A stretch of 64,000 nt of DNA from an uncultured Gemmatimonadales bacterium (GTDB lineage: Bacteria; Gemmatimonadota; Gemmatimonadetes; Longimicrobiales; RSA9): contig OY970192.1 of assembly GCA_963708135.1 (NCBI GenBank), positions 3,424,001 to 3,488,000 on the forward strand, read 5' to 3'. The notes under the pieces were generated by a model that searched no databases, was not told the origin of the DNA, and was given only the letters and a program-made list of their open reading frames with translations. The stretch's first letter is position 1. Each line of letters starts with the position of its first letter. Below are positions 9,418 through 18,632 of the stretch, one piece after another. The translations under genes and the position numbers were made by a program.

Positions 9418-11258
9418 TCCGTCACCACCGCGGACGCCTGCTCGTAGATCCGCTCGATCAGTGCCGAGAGGTGCTCCTCCACCACTCGCCGCTTCACCTT
9501 CAGCGTCGGCGTCAGCTCGCCCTGCTCGATGCTGAGCTCGTGCTCCAGGATCGCGATCTTCTTCGGCGTCTCGTAGCGCGCCAGCTCGCCGAACCGCTTG
9601 AACACATCCTGCTCGATCAGCGTCTGCACCCGCGGATCCTCCAGCAGCTCGCGATCGGTCCGCGCGCGCACCCCGTTCTGCCTGGCCCACAGGCGGACCG
9701 GGTCCAGCGCCGGAAGCACCAGCAGCACGGGATAGGGGCGGCGGTCCCCGATCATCACCGCCTCGGAGACGTAACGGCTCGCCCTGGCCAGATTCTCCAC
9801 CGGCTGCGGCGCAATGTTCTTGCCGCCCGCGGTGACGATGATCTCCTTCTTGCGGTCGGTGATCCGGAGATAGCCGTCCGCGTCGATCTCGCCAATGTCG
9901 CCCGTGTGGAGCCAGCCCTCCGGATCGATCGCCTCCGCCGTCGCCTCCGGACTCCCGTAGTAGCCCTTCATCACCTGCCGCCCTCGCACCAGGATCTCGC
10001 CATCCTCCGCGATCATGATCTCCGTCCCCGCCACCGGCTTCCCCACCGTGCCGATCCGCAGCGAGTCCGGCGTGTTCACGTTCGTTACCGGCGAGGTCTC
10101 CGTCAGGCCGTAGCCCTCGAGGATCAGCACGCCCGCGGAGTAGAAGAACTTCGCGATCTGCGGCGAGAGCGGCGCCCCGCCGGAGATGAAGTAGCGCAGC
10201 CGTCCGCCGATCCGCTCCCGCAGCTTCGAGAACACCAGCCGGTCCGCCACCGCGTGCCTCAGCCGCGTGGACAGCGAGGGCTTCCGCCCCGACAGCACCG
10301 CCGTGGCCCAGGCATCGCCCACCCGCCGCGCCCAGAGCACCAGCCGTCGGCGGATCCCCGTCGCCGCGAAGACCCGCGCGTAGAACTTCTCGTACACCCG
10401 CGGCGTCGAGACCACGATCGTCGGCCCCACCTCCACGAGCGCCTGCGGCACCAGGTCGAAAGAGCCCACGTACGCGATCGCGCAGCCATGATAGAACAGG
10501 AGATAGTCCACCATCCGCTGCAGCACGTGCGAGAGCGGCAGAAAGCTCAGCGCCACATCCGTCGAACCGATGTCAACCACCGATCCGGTCGCTTCGACGT
10601 TCGAGAACAGGTTGTCGTGCGTCAGCATGACGCCCTTCGGCTCACCGGTCGTGCCCGACGTGTAAATCAGCGTGCAGACCTCGTCCGGGTCCGCCGCCAG
10701 GGCACGCGCCCGGAACTCGGCCGCGGCCGCGCCCCCCTCCCGGCCCTCCGCCTCCAGCGCCGCCAGCGTGAGCACGCCCGGCTCCGCCGTCTCGAGCGCG
10801 TCGAACACGACGATTCGCTCCAGCGCCGGCAGGTCCTGGCGAACCTCCAGGATCTTGGCCAGCTGCGCCCGGCTCGAGACGAACACCAGTCGGGCGCCCG
10901 AGTCCTCGAGGATGTAGGCGATCTGGTGCGGCGGCAGCGTCGCGTAGATCGGCACGTCCAGCGCCCCAATGCACAGGGCGGCGTAGTCCGCCAGCGCCCA
11001 CTCGGGCCGGTTCTCCGAGAGAAGTGCGACACGGTCGCCGCGCTTGATCCCCAGCCCTTCCAGCCCCGCGCCGATCGCCTGCACCCGCGCGAGCACCTCG
11101 GCGTGCGAGATCGCCCGCCATTCCTCGCCCGCGCGCTCGCGGAGCGCATCCGCCCCGTCCCAGGTCTCGACCGCGTGGAAGAACAGCTCTGTCAGTGTGC
11201 CGCGCGGGACCTCCGCGGGATTCGCCGCGTAGCTGCGGCCCGCCGTGCGCGTCGCCAT
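9414..11258 (-). CDS. Long-chain fatty acid--CoA ligase
   Basis: YTSGTTGEPKG, EGYGLTE, GWLHTGD, DRKKEIIVTAGGKNIAPQ. Confidence 0.93.
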   Translation of the reverse strand: MATRTAGRSYAANPAEVPRGTLTELFFHAVETWDGADALRERAGEEWRAISHAEVLARVQAIGAGLEGLGIKRGDRVALLSENRPEWALADYAALCIGALDVPIYATLPPHQIAYILEDSGARLVFVSSRAQLAKILEVRQDLPALERIVVFDALETAEPGVLTLAALEAEGREGGAAAAEFRARALAADPDEVCTLIYTSGTTGEPKGVMLTHDNLFSNVEATGSVVDIGSTDVALSFLPLSHVLQRMVDYLLFYHGCAIAYVGSFDLVPQALVEVGPTIVVSTPRVYEKFYARVFAATGIRRRLVLWARRVGDAWATAVLSGRKPSLSTRLRHAVADRLVFSKLRERIGGRLRYFISGGAPLSPQIAKFFYSAGVLILEGYGLTETSPVTNVNTPDSLRIGTVGKPVAGTEIMIAEDGEILVRGRQVMKGYYGSPEATAEAIDPEGWLHTGDIGEIDADGYLRITDRKKEIIVTAGGKNIAPQPVENLARASRYVSEAVMIGDRRPYPVLLVLPALDPVRLWARQNGVRARTDRELLEDPRVQTLIEQDVFKRFGELARYETPKKIAILEHELSIEQGELTPTLKVKRRVVEEHLSALIERIYEQASAVVTE

Positions 11259-11291
11259 GCATCCTCCCGGCTGCCGGTTCGCCCCGCGGAG

Positions 11292-11711
11292 CTACCGCCG
11301 CACGACCTCGATCGTGATCCCGATGTCCGCCCGCAGGGAATGCAGCGCGCTGCAGTACGTCTCGTGGGATAGCGCCACCGCCCGCCGCAGCTTCTCCTCG
11401 TCCGCCGCTGGCAGGCCGCGCGCCTCGTACACGAAACGCAACGCCGTGAAGCGGCGCGGCGGCTCCGCCGCACGGTCCCCCTCCAGCCGCACCGCCAGCC
11501 CCTCGAGCGGCACGCGCATCTTCGTCAGGATCTCCACCGTGTCGGCCGCCGTGCACCCCGCCACCCCGAGCAGGAGCGTCTGCATCGGCGACGGCCCCAG
11601 CCGGGCGCCCCCGCCATCCACCGTGACCACCGGCCCACCCGGCGCTCCGCCCTCGAACGCCAGCCCCGCCCCCGTCCACGTCAGCGCCACGGCCGTGTCC
11701 GCCACCTTCAC
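11292..11711 (-). CDS. OsmC family protein
   Basis: GPSPMQTLLLGVAGCT ... ALSHETYCSALHSL, with two conserved Cys. Confidence 0.88.
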   Translation of the reverse strand: MKVADTAVALTWTGAGLAFEGGAPGGPVVTVDGGGARLGPSPMQTLLLGVAGCTAADTVEILTKMRVPLEGLAVRLEGDRAAEPPRRFTALRFVYEARGLPAADEEKLRRAVALSHETYCSALHSLRADIGITIEVVRR

Positions 11712-12151
11712 CCGCCGTCCGGTTCGGTCGATGCCTCCGCCGGCCCGCTCGTCAGCTTCTCCAGCGTCTCACGTGCGTGCTCGATGTGGCGCTCCGCGTC
11801 CCCCCCGGCCGGCGCGTTCTCCAGGAACGCGCGCAGATGGTCCACCGCCTCCTCCGGCCGGCCCTCCCGCAGCATCAGGAACGCCAGCCCGTAGTGCGCG
11901 CCAGGGGCGTTCGGCTTCCGGTCCAGCACGCCCCGGTACGTCTTCATCGCCTCGTCCGTCATGCCGATGCGCGTGTACGTGATCGCGATCTGCTGCGCGA
12001 TCGCGTCGTCGCCCGGGGCGTCGCGCTGCGCCAGCCGGAACGACGTCAACGCCTCGTGGTACTTCGACACCTTCAGGAGCTCCATCCCCTCGCGGTAATA
12101 GTCGACGTCTTCCGGGTCACGACCGCCGAAGAGCTTTTTCAGGAAGGCCAT
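11708..12151 (-). CDS. Small TPR protein
   Basis: MAFLKKLFGG...YYREGMELL...AHYGLAFL TPR patterns. Confidence 0.75.
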   Translation of the reverse strand: MAFLKKLFGGRDPEDVDYYREGMELLKVSKYHEALTSFRLAQRDAPGDDAIAQQIAITYTRIGMTDEAMKTYRGVLDRKPNAPGAHYGLAFLMLREGRPEEAVDHLRAFLENAPAGGDAERHIEHARETLEKLTSGPAEASTEPDGG

Positions 12152-12265
12152 GGGCAAGTCTGGGGAGGCGGGATGAACGTCGTCCGGGCACGGCCCCGGG
12201 AGCACGCCCCAAGATAGAGCCGTCACCGGCGCGGATGCAACGCGCCGGAAGCCGCCCCGGACCCG

Positions 12266-12901
12266 CTACCGACCACCACCACCGCGCCCCGCCACCACCG
12301 TCTCCCCCTCCCGCGCCAGCACCCCGAGCCCCACCGCTCCGAGCCGCCGCTCCGCGTCCGCCGGCGCACCCGTGAGCACCAGCCGCCCGAGCGGGCCGAG
12401 CACCCGCGCCCCTTCCTCCAGGAGCGTATCCGCCGCCCCCCCTGTCAGTGCCACCCCCGGCAGGCTGCGATCGTGGAACGGGAGCTCCCCGCCCGCCGCG
12501 ATCCGGCTCACCCCCGCCTCCTCCGGCCAGCCCGCAAGCGCCGCGTCCGTGGCCACCACCTCGACCCCCTCCACCAGCGCCGCCACCGCCGGCGCGTGCC
12601 GCGTGCCCTCCCCGGCCAGCAGCCAGAACCCCTTCCCTTCCCGGAGGCCCAGCAGCGCGCCCAGCCGCACCGCCGCCTCGCCGCCCTCCGCCACCGGCGC
12701 CACCACCTCCGACAGCGACGGCGCCGGCGGAGGCCGCAGGTCCGCGAAGCCGCCCCGGATAGGGTACCGCTCCCGGCAGTTCGCGCAGCCGAGCGCCCCC
12801 TCCAGAACCCGGCGCTCGATCACCCGATCCGCCAGCAGAATCAGACCGAACCGCGGCCCGCACCGGGGGCACGTCAGGACATCCGTCAGCACCAGATGCA
12901 T
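12266..12901 (-). CDS. Trm112-like zinc-ribbon domain fused to a degenerate methyltransferase-like domain
   Basis: LTCPRCG...LGCANCRERYPIRGG..DL, then LPFHDRSL...GARVLGPLGRLV. Confidence 0.65.
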   Translation of the reverse strand: MHLVLTDVLTCPRCGPRFGLILLADRVIERRVLEGALGCANCRERYPIRGGFADLRPPPAPSLSEVVAPVAEGGEAAVRLGALLGLREGKGFWLLAGEGTRHAPAVAALVEGVEVVATDAALAGWPEEAGVSRIAAGGELPFHDRSLPGVALTGGAADTLLEEGARVLGPLGRLVLTGAPADAERRLGAVGLGVLAREGETVVAGRGGGGR

Positions 12902-13222
12902 GGCCGCGAACGTAGGCTCGCGCCGCCGGACGGACCAGCCCCGGCGGGACCGGCGCCCGCGTCCGCGCAGGGGCGACCGACGGACTTCGGACGGAAATTT
13001 ATGAATGCCGGTGAAGAAAATGTTGCCGGGTCTCCGCGTCATGCGCCGGCGGCGACAACCAACTAAGAGATGGCCGTACAGTTGGTTAGCGCATTGAGTC
13101 GCCTTTGGACCGTCGTCTGCATTGTGCGCCGTGCCAAAGTCGAACCGAAAACGCAGAATCGGGGCGATTCGCCCCAGGCGGCGTCGCTGCCGCACCCCCC
13201 TCGTGCCCAGGAGACCAGGACA

Positions 13223-13714
13223 ATGTCCAAGCGGGTCACCACCTTCCTCGCGGCGCTCGTGCTGTTCGGCGCCGGCGCCGCGGCGGCGCAGACGACGGCG
13301 ACCGCCACGTCGAGCATCACCATCGGCCAGGTGCTCTACATCGGGCTCGCCACCGGGAACCCGACGTTCTCCTCGCCGACGGCCGCGGACTTCAACGCGG
13401 GCGAGATCACGTCGAGCACCAGCGCGACGGTGACGCACGCCGGGAACGTCACTCATACGGTCACGATCAAGGCGGACGCCGCGAACATGACGGCATCCGT
13501 GGACCCGGTGAACGACATCAAGCCGGCCAGCGACCTCCAGTGGGATGCGGGAAGCGGCTGGGGGAGCGTGAGCACGTCGGGGGCGGACGTGGTGACGAGC
13601 GCGCCGAAGGGCGTCGGCACGGCCACGGTCAACTACAAGATGCTGCTCGACTACTCGACGGATGCGCCGGATACCTACACCCTGGGCATCACGTACACGG
13701 TCGTGGCAGGCTGA
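13223..13714 (+). CDS. Secreted pilin-like protein (probable major subunit)
   Basis: Sec signal ending AAAA|Q; about 140-aa Thr/Ser/Ala-rich beta-strand mature chain ending TYTLGITYTVVAG; AGGA RBS. Confidence 0.7.
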   Translation: MSKRVTTFLAALVLFGAGAAAAQTTATATSSITIGQVLYIGLATGNPTFSSPTAADFNAGEITSSTSATVTHAGNVTHTVTIKADAANMTASVDPVNDIKPASDLQWDAGSGWGSVSTSGADVVTSAPKGVGTATVNYKMLLDYSTDAPDTYTLGITYTVVAG

Positions 13715-13715
13715 C

Positions 13716-13761
13716 CGCCGGGGCGGCGTCTCCCCCCGGGGGACTCCGCCGCCTCCGGCGC
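13716..13761 (+). terminator. GC-rich stem-loop after the pilin-like gene (mRNA stabiliser or partial terminator)
   Basis: cgccggggcggcg...cgccgcctccggcg imperfect inverted repeat; no U-tract. Confidence 0.5.
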
Positions 13762-13819
13762 CGGCGGAGCCCGGTGCCGGGCCGACGGAATCGGACTCTC
13801 TCCCCGAACCCACGAGCTG

Positions 13820-14620
13820 ATGATGGCTGCGAAGCGGTATTGCCACGGGACCCGCGGTACCCACCCGGGCCCGGGTGCGGGTGGAGTGCTGACGAGCGTG
13901 CTGGCGCTGTTGCTGCTGGCCGCGCCGGTGCGGGCCCAGTTCTCGGTGGACCCGGTCATCCTGGAGTTCGCGAGCGACACCGCGTCCACGGCGACGGTGC
14001 ACGTGAAGAACCAGGGCAGCGGCGAGATGCAGCTCCGCTTCTACACGGCGGACTTCGACCAGACCCTCTCCGGCGACCACGATTTCCTCCCGATCGGCAG
14101 GCACCCGCGCACGTGCGCGGCCCGGCTGTCGGTCTATCCGGACGGGGCCACGCTGCGGCCCGGAGAGCAGCAGGACATCCGGGTGAGCATGGCCCCGGGG
14201 ACGCGGACCTGCTGGTCGCTCGTGTTCGTGGAGAGCCGTACGCGCGCCCCCACGGGGATGAGCGTCGGCCAGCGGATCGGCGTGAAAGTCTACGGCGTTC
14301 CGCCCACGGCGATGCTGGATGGACAGGTGGACACCGTCTCCGTGGTGCCGGGCGGCAGCGCCCTCACGGTGCATGTGCGGTTCACGAACCGCGGCGAGGC
14401 GCCGCTCCGGCCACAGGGCAGGGTGGAGATCCGGAGCTTTGCCGGAAAGGTTCTCGAGTCCGTGGACGTGGACGCGTTCAGCGTCCTCCCGGAGCACAGC
14501 CGTGAGCTCGCGCTGCCGGTCGGCGGCAGGCTGCCCCCTGGCCAGTACCTGGCTGTCCCGATCCTCGATTTCGGCGCCGACTACCTCGCGGGCGGGCAGG
14601 CGGTCTTCAGGATCCCGTGA
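13820..14620 (+). CDS. Periplasmic two-Ig-domain fimbrial chaperone-like protein
   Basis: Signal peptide (likely start GTG 13886); mature chain FSVDPVILEF..VHVKNQG..LRPGEQQDIRV; second domain FTNRGEAPLRPQGRVEI..VLPEHSREL. Confidence 0.7.
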   Translation: MMAAKRYCHGTRGTHPGPGAGGVLTSVLALLLLAAPVRAQFSVDPVILEFASDTASTATVHVKNQGSGEMQLRFYTADFDQTLSGDHDFLPIGRHPRTCAARLSVYPDGATLRPGEQQDIRVSMAPGTRTCWSLVFVESRTRAPTGMSVGQRIGVKVYGVPPTAMLDGQVDTVSVVPGGSALTVHVRFTNRGEAPLRPQGRVEIRSFAGKVLESVDVDAFSVLPEHSRELALPVGGRLPPGQYLAVPILDFGADYLAGGQAVFRIP

Positions 14621-15093
14621 TGCGACGCCGCGCGTCCACCCCGCTCGCCGCGGTCCTGCTGCTCCTCGCCGCGACCACGACGCCCGCCGCCGCCCAGTGC
14701 GGCAGCGGCGCCGGGAACGGCGGCTCGTTCGGGGTATCCATCGCGCCGGCGGCGGTCACCTTCCCCTCTCCGACCGCCGCGGACTTCAACCTCGGGTATG
14801 TCGACCAGTCGGGCGTCTCGGTCACCGTTACGCCGCCCAACGGCGGCCGCACCTGGTATCTCTGCGTCCGTGCGGGCACCCCCGACCTGGGCGGCTACGG
14901 GAAGCCCCTCTCGACCCTGCTCTGGCGTCCGAGCACCTCCGCGAGCTGGACGCCGATCACCACGACGGATCAGCTCGTCACCAGTCAGAAGAGCTCGGCG
15001 AGCGTCGTGATCTACTTCCGTGTCGCGCTCGCCTGGGCCGCCGACGTGCCGGGAAGCTACGGCACTCCCGTCCTGTTCACCGCCTCCTTCTGA
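14620..15093 (+). CDS. Secreted pilin-like protein (minor subunit), paralogue of 13223..13714
   Basis: Signal peptide; shared motifs TFPSPTAADFNLG, KPLSTLLW and LAWAADVPGSY; TGATG coupling to the chaperone gene. Confidence 0.7.
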   Translation: MRRRASTPLAAVLLLLAATTTPAAAQCGSGAGNGGSFGVSIAPAAVTFPSPTAADFNLGYVDQSGVSVTVTPPNGGRTWYLCVRAGTPDLGGYGKPLSTLLWRPSTSASWTPITTTDQLVTSQKSSASVVIYFRVALAWAADVPGSYGTPVLFTASF

Positions 15094-15100
15094 GCGGCCC

Positions 15101-17752
15101 GTGCCCCGCCGACGCGCCCTGCCGATGTTGCTCCTCCCGCTGCTGGCAGGCACGCCGATCCGCGCCCAGGAACCGCACGTCGTCCAGCCCGGCTCGATCG
15201 CCACCGGCGCGGTCGCGTTCACTACGGCCGGGGCCGCCGGACGCATCCATTATCACATCGAGCCCGCCGCCGGCGTTCGCCTGGTCGGGCCGGCGGACGG
15301 CGCGCTCGAGGGCGGGACGGATACGCTGCTCGTGCCGATCACGTTCGGCCTGCCGCGCGACCAGCGCGCCGGAGCGCTGCGCGCGGCCCGAGTGTTCCTG
15401 ACCCTGCCGGACGGCGCGGCGGATTCCGCCGACCTCGTCGTGCGCGTGGCCGTGCGCCGCCGGATCGCGGCCGCGCTCGCGGCGGAGCCCGCCGCCACCA
15501 GCCCGGGTGGGCAGATCCGGCTCCGGTACCGCATCCGCAATCTCGGCAACGCGACCGATACTGTCCTGCTGGCCGGGCTTAGCGCGGGCGACTGGGACCC
15601 CCCGCACCTCTCCCCGACCCCGATCGCCATCGCGCCGGGAGAGGAGGCCGAGGGCACCATCGGGCTGCGCGTCCCGCGTCGCGCCACTCCAGGCGATGCC
15701 CGCAACGCCTCCCTCTCCATCCGCACCGGCGGCGCCGAGAGCCACGCCAGCGCGCTCGTGCGCGTGGTCCACCCCGCTGGGCTCCTGCCGGGCTTCGCGC
15801 AGCTCCCGGCTACCCTCTTCGTCGGCTCCGCGCTGGATGGCCGCTCGCCGCTCGCCGGCGGTGCGGCGTTCTCGCTCAGCGGCACGGGGCAGGTCGTGCC
15901 CGGCACCCGCCTGAGCCTCGATCTCCGCCACCTCCCGGAGGAGGGCCAGCCGGCCGCGTTCCGGCAGGTGCTCGCGGGACCGCGCATGCGGCTCGCCGTC
16001 CAGCACGCAGGCTGGGATGCCGCGCTCGGCGACGTCTACGTCCGCGACCGCGTGCTCACCGGAACCTATGCGCAAGGCCGGGGGCTCGACCTGCACCTGG
16101 CAGAAGGCGCCCACACCGCCTCCGTCCTGCTGGCCCGCCCCCTCCTGTTCCAGAGCCCGGCCGGGGGACATCTGGCCGGCCTCTCCGTGGGCACGACCAC
16201 CCCCCTCGGCGGCCTCGACCTGTCCCTCGCCGACATGGCGCGTCCGACCGCCGGGGCGGGGACGGACCGCACCCGCAGCGTCGGCGTCAAGCTCCGGGTG
16301 CCGGAGTCCCCGACCGGGCACCTGACCGCGGAGCTGGCGCTGCAGCGCCTCTCGGATGATCGGGACCACGTCGCCACCGGCCCCGCGCTGAATCTCGACT
16401 ACGCGCTCCGCCGCGACGGCTACGGCCTCACGGCGCGCCTGCGCCATACACCCGCCGCCCTGCCCGGCGCGGGCGGCCTCGGCAACGAGGCCTACCTCTC
16501 CGGCATGGCGAGCGTGGACGGGCCCCTCGCCGTGCAGGGCTGGGTCTTCTCGAGCTCCACGCCCCTGCTCGGCATCCCGCAGGACCCGCGCTCCCGCGGC
16601 GGCTCGCTCGGGCTGCGCGTGAACGGCAGCGACGGACAGCTCGACCTGCTCGGCAACTACCGGCGCACGCAGGGTCTCGGACTCTTCCGCGCCACCGACA
16701 GGCGCACCCTGAGCGCCTTCGCCTCTCGCGGCCTCGGCGCATTCCGCCTCGACGGCACCGCCGAGGTCGGACAGCTCATCGCGGACGGCGCCCCGCGTCC
16801 GCTCCAGAACTACCGGGCCGACGCCTACCTCTACACGTCTCGCGCGTGGGGCTGGCTGGCCCTGACCCACAACGACGAGTTCGGCGCGCCCCTCACCCGC
16901 CTGGACGTGGGCGGCTCCCTCACGCTCGCCCACCTCGACCTCGAGGCCGGAACCGGGACACGGCTCGACATGCCCGTGAGTCGGTCCTTCAGCTTCTGGA
17001 GCGGCACCACCATTCACGTCGCGGAGGGCACGGGCATCGTCGTCGGCGCCGAGTACCAGCCCTGGCAGCCCGCCGGCTCGCGCTGGCGCACCTCGATCGG
17101 CATCCGCCGCGCACTCCCGCTCCCGCTGCCCGTCCCCGTGGCGCCGCTCGTCGCCGGCAGCGTCTTCGAGGACCGCGACGGCAACGGCCGCCGCGACCCC
17201 GGAGAGCCGACCGTCCCCGGCGTGACGCTCCAGCTCGGGCCCGTCCGCCAGACCACCAATGCCGCCGGCCGTTTCGCCTTTTCCACCGACGTCGGCCGCG
17301 GCCACACACTCGAGATCGATGCCGGCTCGCTGCCCCCCGGCACCATTGTACCGCCCGCGGCCGCGCTCCGTGGCCACGGTCACATCGACATCCCCATCGT
17401 CCCGACCGGCGGGCTCCGCCTCACGCTGTTCCTCGACGAGAACGGCAATGCCGCCCGCGACCCCGCCGAGCCCGCCGCGACCGGGGCGCTCGTCTCGCTG
17501 ATCGACGCCGCCGGCCGCCGCCGTGACGCCGTATCCGACGACGACGGCACGATCGAATTCCGCGCCCTCCCCGTCGGCGTCTACGACGTCCGCATCTCCG
17601 CCCGCCCGAACGGAGGGCGCCCACTCCCGCCGGTGACGCTACACCTGCGGATCGAGACCGGACGGACCCTCCAGCACGAGGTCGCCGCCCCCACCCGCCG
17701 CATCGACATCCGCATGCGGCCGCCGGCGCCGGGCGAAGCCGCCATCCCCTGA
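15101..17752 (+). CDS. Large secreted/outer-membrane protein with N-terminal Ig-like domains, a central amphipathic beta region and C-terminal SdrD-B-like repeats (usher-like)
   Basis: Signal peptide; IRNLGNATDT..IAPGEEAEGTIGLRVP; many alternating beta-strands; GSVFEDRDGNGRRDPGEP and LFLDENGNAARDPAEP. Confidence 0.65.
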   Translation: MPRRRALPMLLLPLLAGTPIRAQEPHVVQPGSIATGAVAFTTAGAAGRIHYHIEPAAGVRLVGPADGALEGGTDTLLVPITFGLPRDQRAGALRAARVFLTLPDGAADSADLVVRVAVRRRIAAALAAEPAATSPGGQIRLRYRIRNLGNATDTVLLAGLSAGDWDPPHLSPTPIAIAPGEEAEGTIGLRVPRRATPGDARNASLSIRTGGAESHASALVRVVHPAGLLPGFAQLPATLFVGSALDGRSPLAGGAAFSLSGTGQVVPGTRLSLDLRHLPEEGQPAAFRQVLAGPRMRLAVQHAGWDAALGDVYVRDRVLTGTYAQGRGLDLHLAEGAHTASVLLARPLLFQSPAGGHLAGLSVGTTTPLGGLDLSLADMARPTAGAGTDRTRSVGVKLRVPESPTGHLTAELALQRLSDDRDHVATGPALNLDYALRRDGYGLTARLRHTPAALPGAGGLGNEAYLSGMASVDGPLAVQGWVFSSSTPLLGIPQDPRSRGGSLGLRVNGSDGQLDLLGNYRRTQGLGLFRATDRRTLSAFASRGLGAFRLDGTAEVGQLIADGAPRPLQNYRADAYLYTSRAWGWLALTHNDEFGAPLTRLDVGGSLTLAHLDLEAGTGTRLDMPVSRSFSFWSGTTIHVAEGTGIVVGAEYQPWQPAGSRWRTSIGIRRALPLPLPVPVAPLVAGSVFEDRDGNGRRDPGEPTVPGVTLQLGPVRQTTNAAGRFAFSTDVGRGHTLEIDAGSLPPGTIVPPAAALRGHGHIDIPIVPTGGLRLTLFLDENGNAARDPAEPAATGALVSLIDAAGRRRDAVSDDDGTIEFRALPVGVYDVRISARPNGGRPLPPVTLHLRIETGRTLQHEVAAPTRRIDIRMRPPAPGEAAIP

Positions 17753-17822
17753 CCCGAACGCACAACGGCCCCGCATCTCCACGGAGATCCAGGGCCGGGG
17801 CGACGAGACGCGCCGCTCGGCG

Positions 17823-18314
17823 TCAGTTGGGAAGCAGGGTGTAGGTCAGGCCCACCCCCCGCGGCGCCGCGCCGGCCGGATCGATCACGCGGCGCTCGTC
17901 GATCAGCAGCACGATGTCACGCCCCCGCCGCCCCCGCGCCGCCTCCAGCGGAGCGGGACCCGCCCGCCTGAAGCCCTCCACCACCTCGCTCACCTCACCC
18001 GGAGCCTCGGCCCGCGCCCGCCACGACAGCGAGGCCGCCGCCTCGTCCGGCGATCCCTCCGAAGCCGCGCCCGCGGCCGTCACCATCAGCTTCCAGCGCC
18101 GGTTCGCGCTCACCCGCAGCTCCGTGGCGCCCGCGACCTCCTCGACCCGCGCGCCGCCCGCCACGCTCGTGGTGGGCACTCCCGTACCCGGCAGGACCTG
18201 CAGCCGCAGCACCGGCGGGACCACGATCGTCGCCCTCGCCCGCGCCTCCGTCTGCGCCCCGGCCGGAATTACGCACGCGGCCGAGAGCGCCACCGCCAGT
18301 CCCCAGCTCCGCAT
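17823..18314 (-). CDS. Secreted pilin-like protein (third, divergent subunit)
   Basis: Signal peptide AGA|Q; N-terminal strand ARARATIVVPPVLRL; VSANRRWKLMV; C-terminal LTYTLL; GGAGG RBS. Confidence 0.6.
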   Translation of the reverse strand: MRSWGLAVALSAACVIPAGAQTEARARATIVVPPVLRLQVLPGTGVPTTSVAGGARVEEVAGATELRVSANRRWKLMVTAAGAASEGSPDEAAASLSWRARAEAPGEVSEVVEGFRRAGPAPLEAARGRRGRDIVLLIDERRVIDPAGAAPRGVGLTYTLLPN

Positions 18315-18368
18315 CGACTCACCTCCGGCAAGACCGCACTTGCGGGTCGCTCGATCGGCCTCCCTCCA

Positions 18369-18384
18369 TGCGAGCCGCGTGCCT
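18369..18384 (-). promoter_or_regulatory. Putative sigma54 -24/-12 promoter
   Basis: Minus strand AGGCACGCGGCTCGCA (GG-N10-GC), about 55 nt upstream of the ATG at 18314. Confidence 0.5.
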
Positions 18385-18632
18385 GTCCGGACGTGTGGCG
18401 GAACTCCATGTCGTTCCGGAGCTTACGCTCCGCTCCCGGCAACCGGGCCGGAGACCGAGATGTACGGATTCCGGACGGGTGCGGCGCCGATACGCCGCAA
18501 GCCGCTTGGCTACAATGATTTAGGTGGAGTTGTCCGGGATCCGGACATGCCTCGGCGACGGGCCGGACCTCCGACAGGCGGAGGCGTGGAGGCGGAGCGG
18601 CACCTGCGGGGGCGACCTGCGGCCGCCGCGCC

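Noticed and set aside
13110..13140. Minus-strand TTGGCAC as a sigma54 promoter
   Set aside because: The GG-to-GC spacing is 13 nt, not 10.
13487..13510. TASVDP in subunit A as evidence of CfaB/CooA homology
   Set aside because: The motif is N-terminal in class 5 pilins but internal here, so it is probably coincidental.
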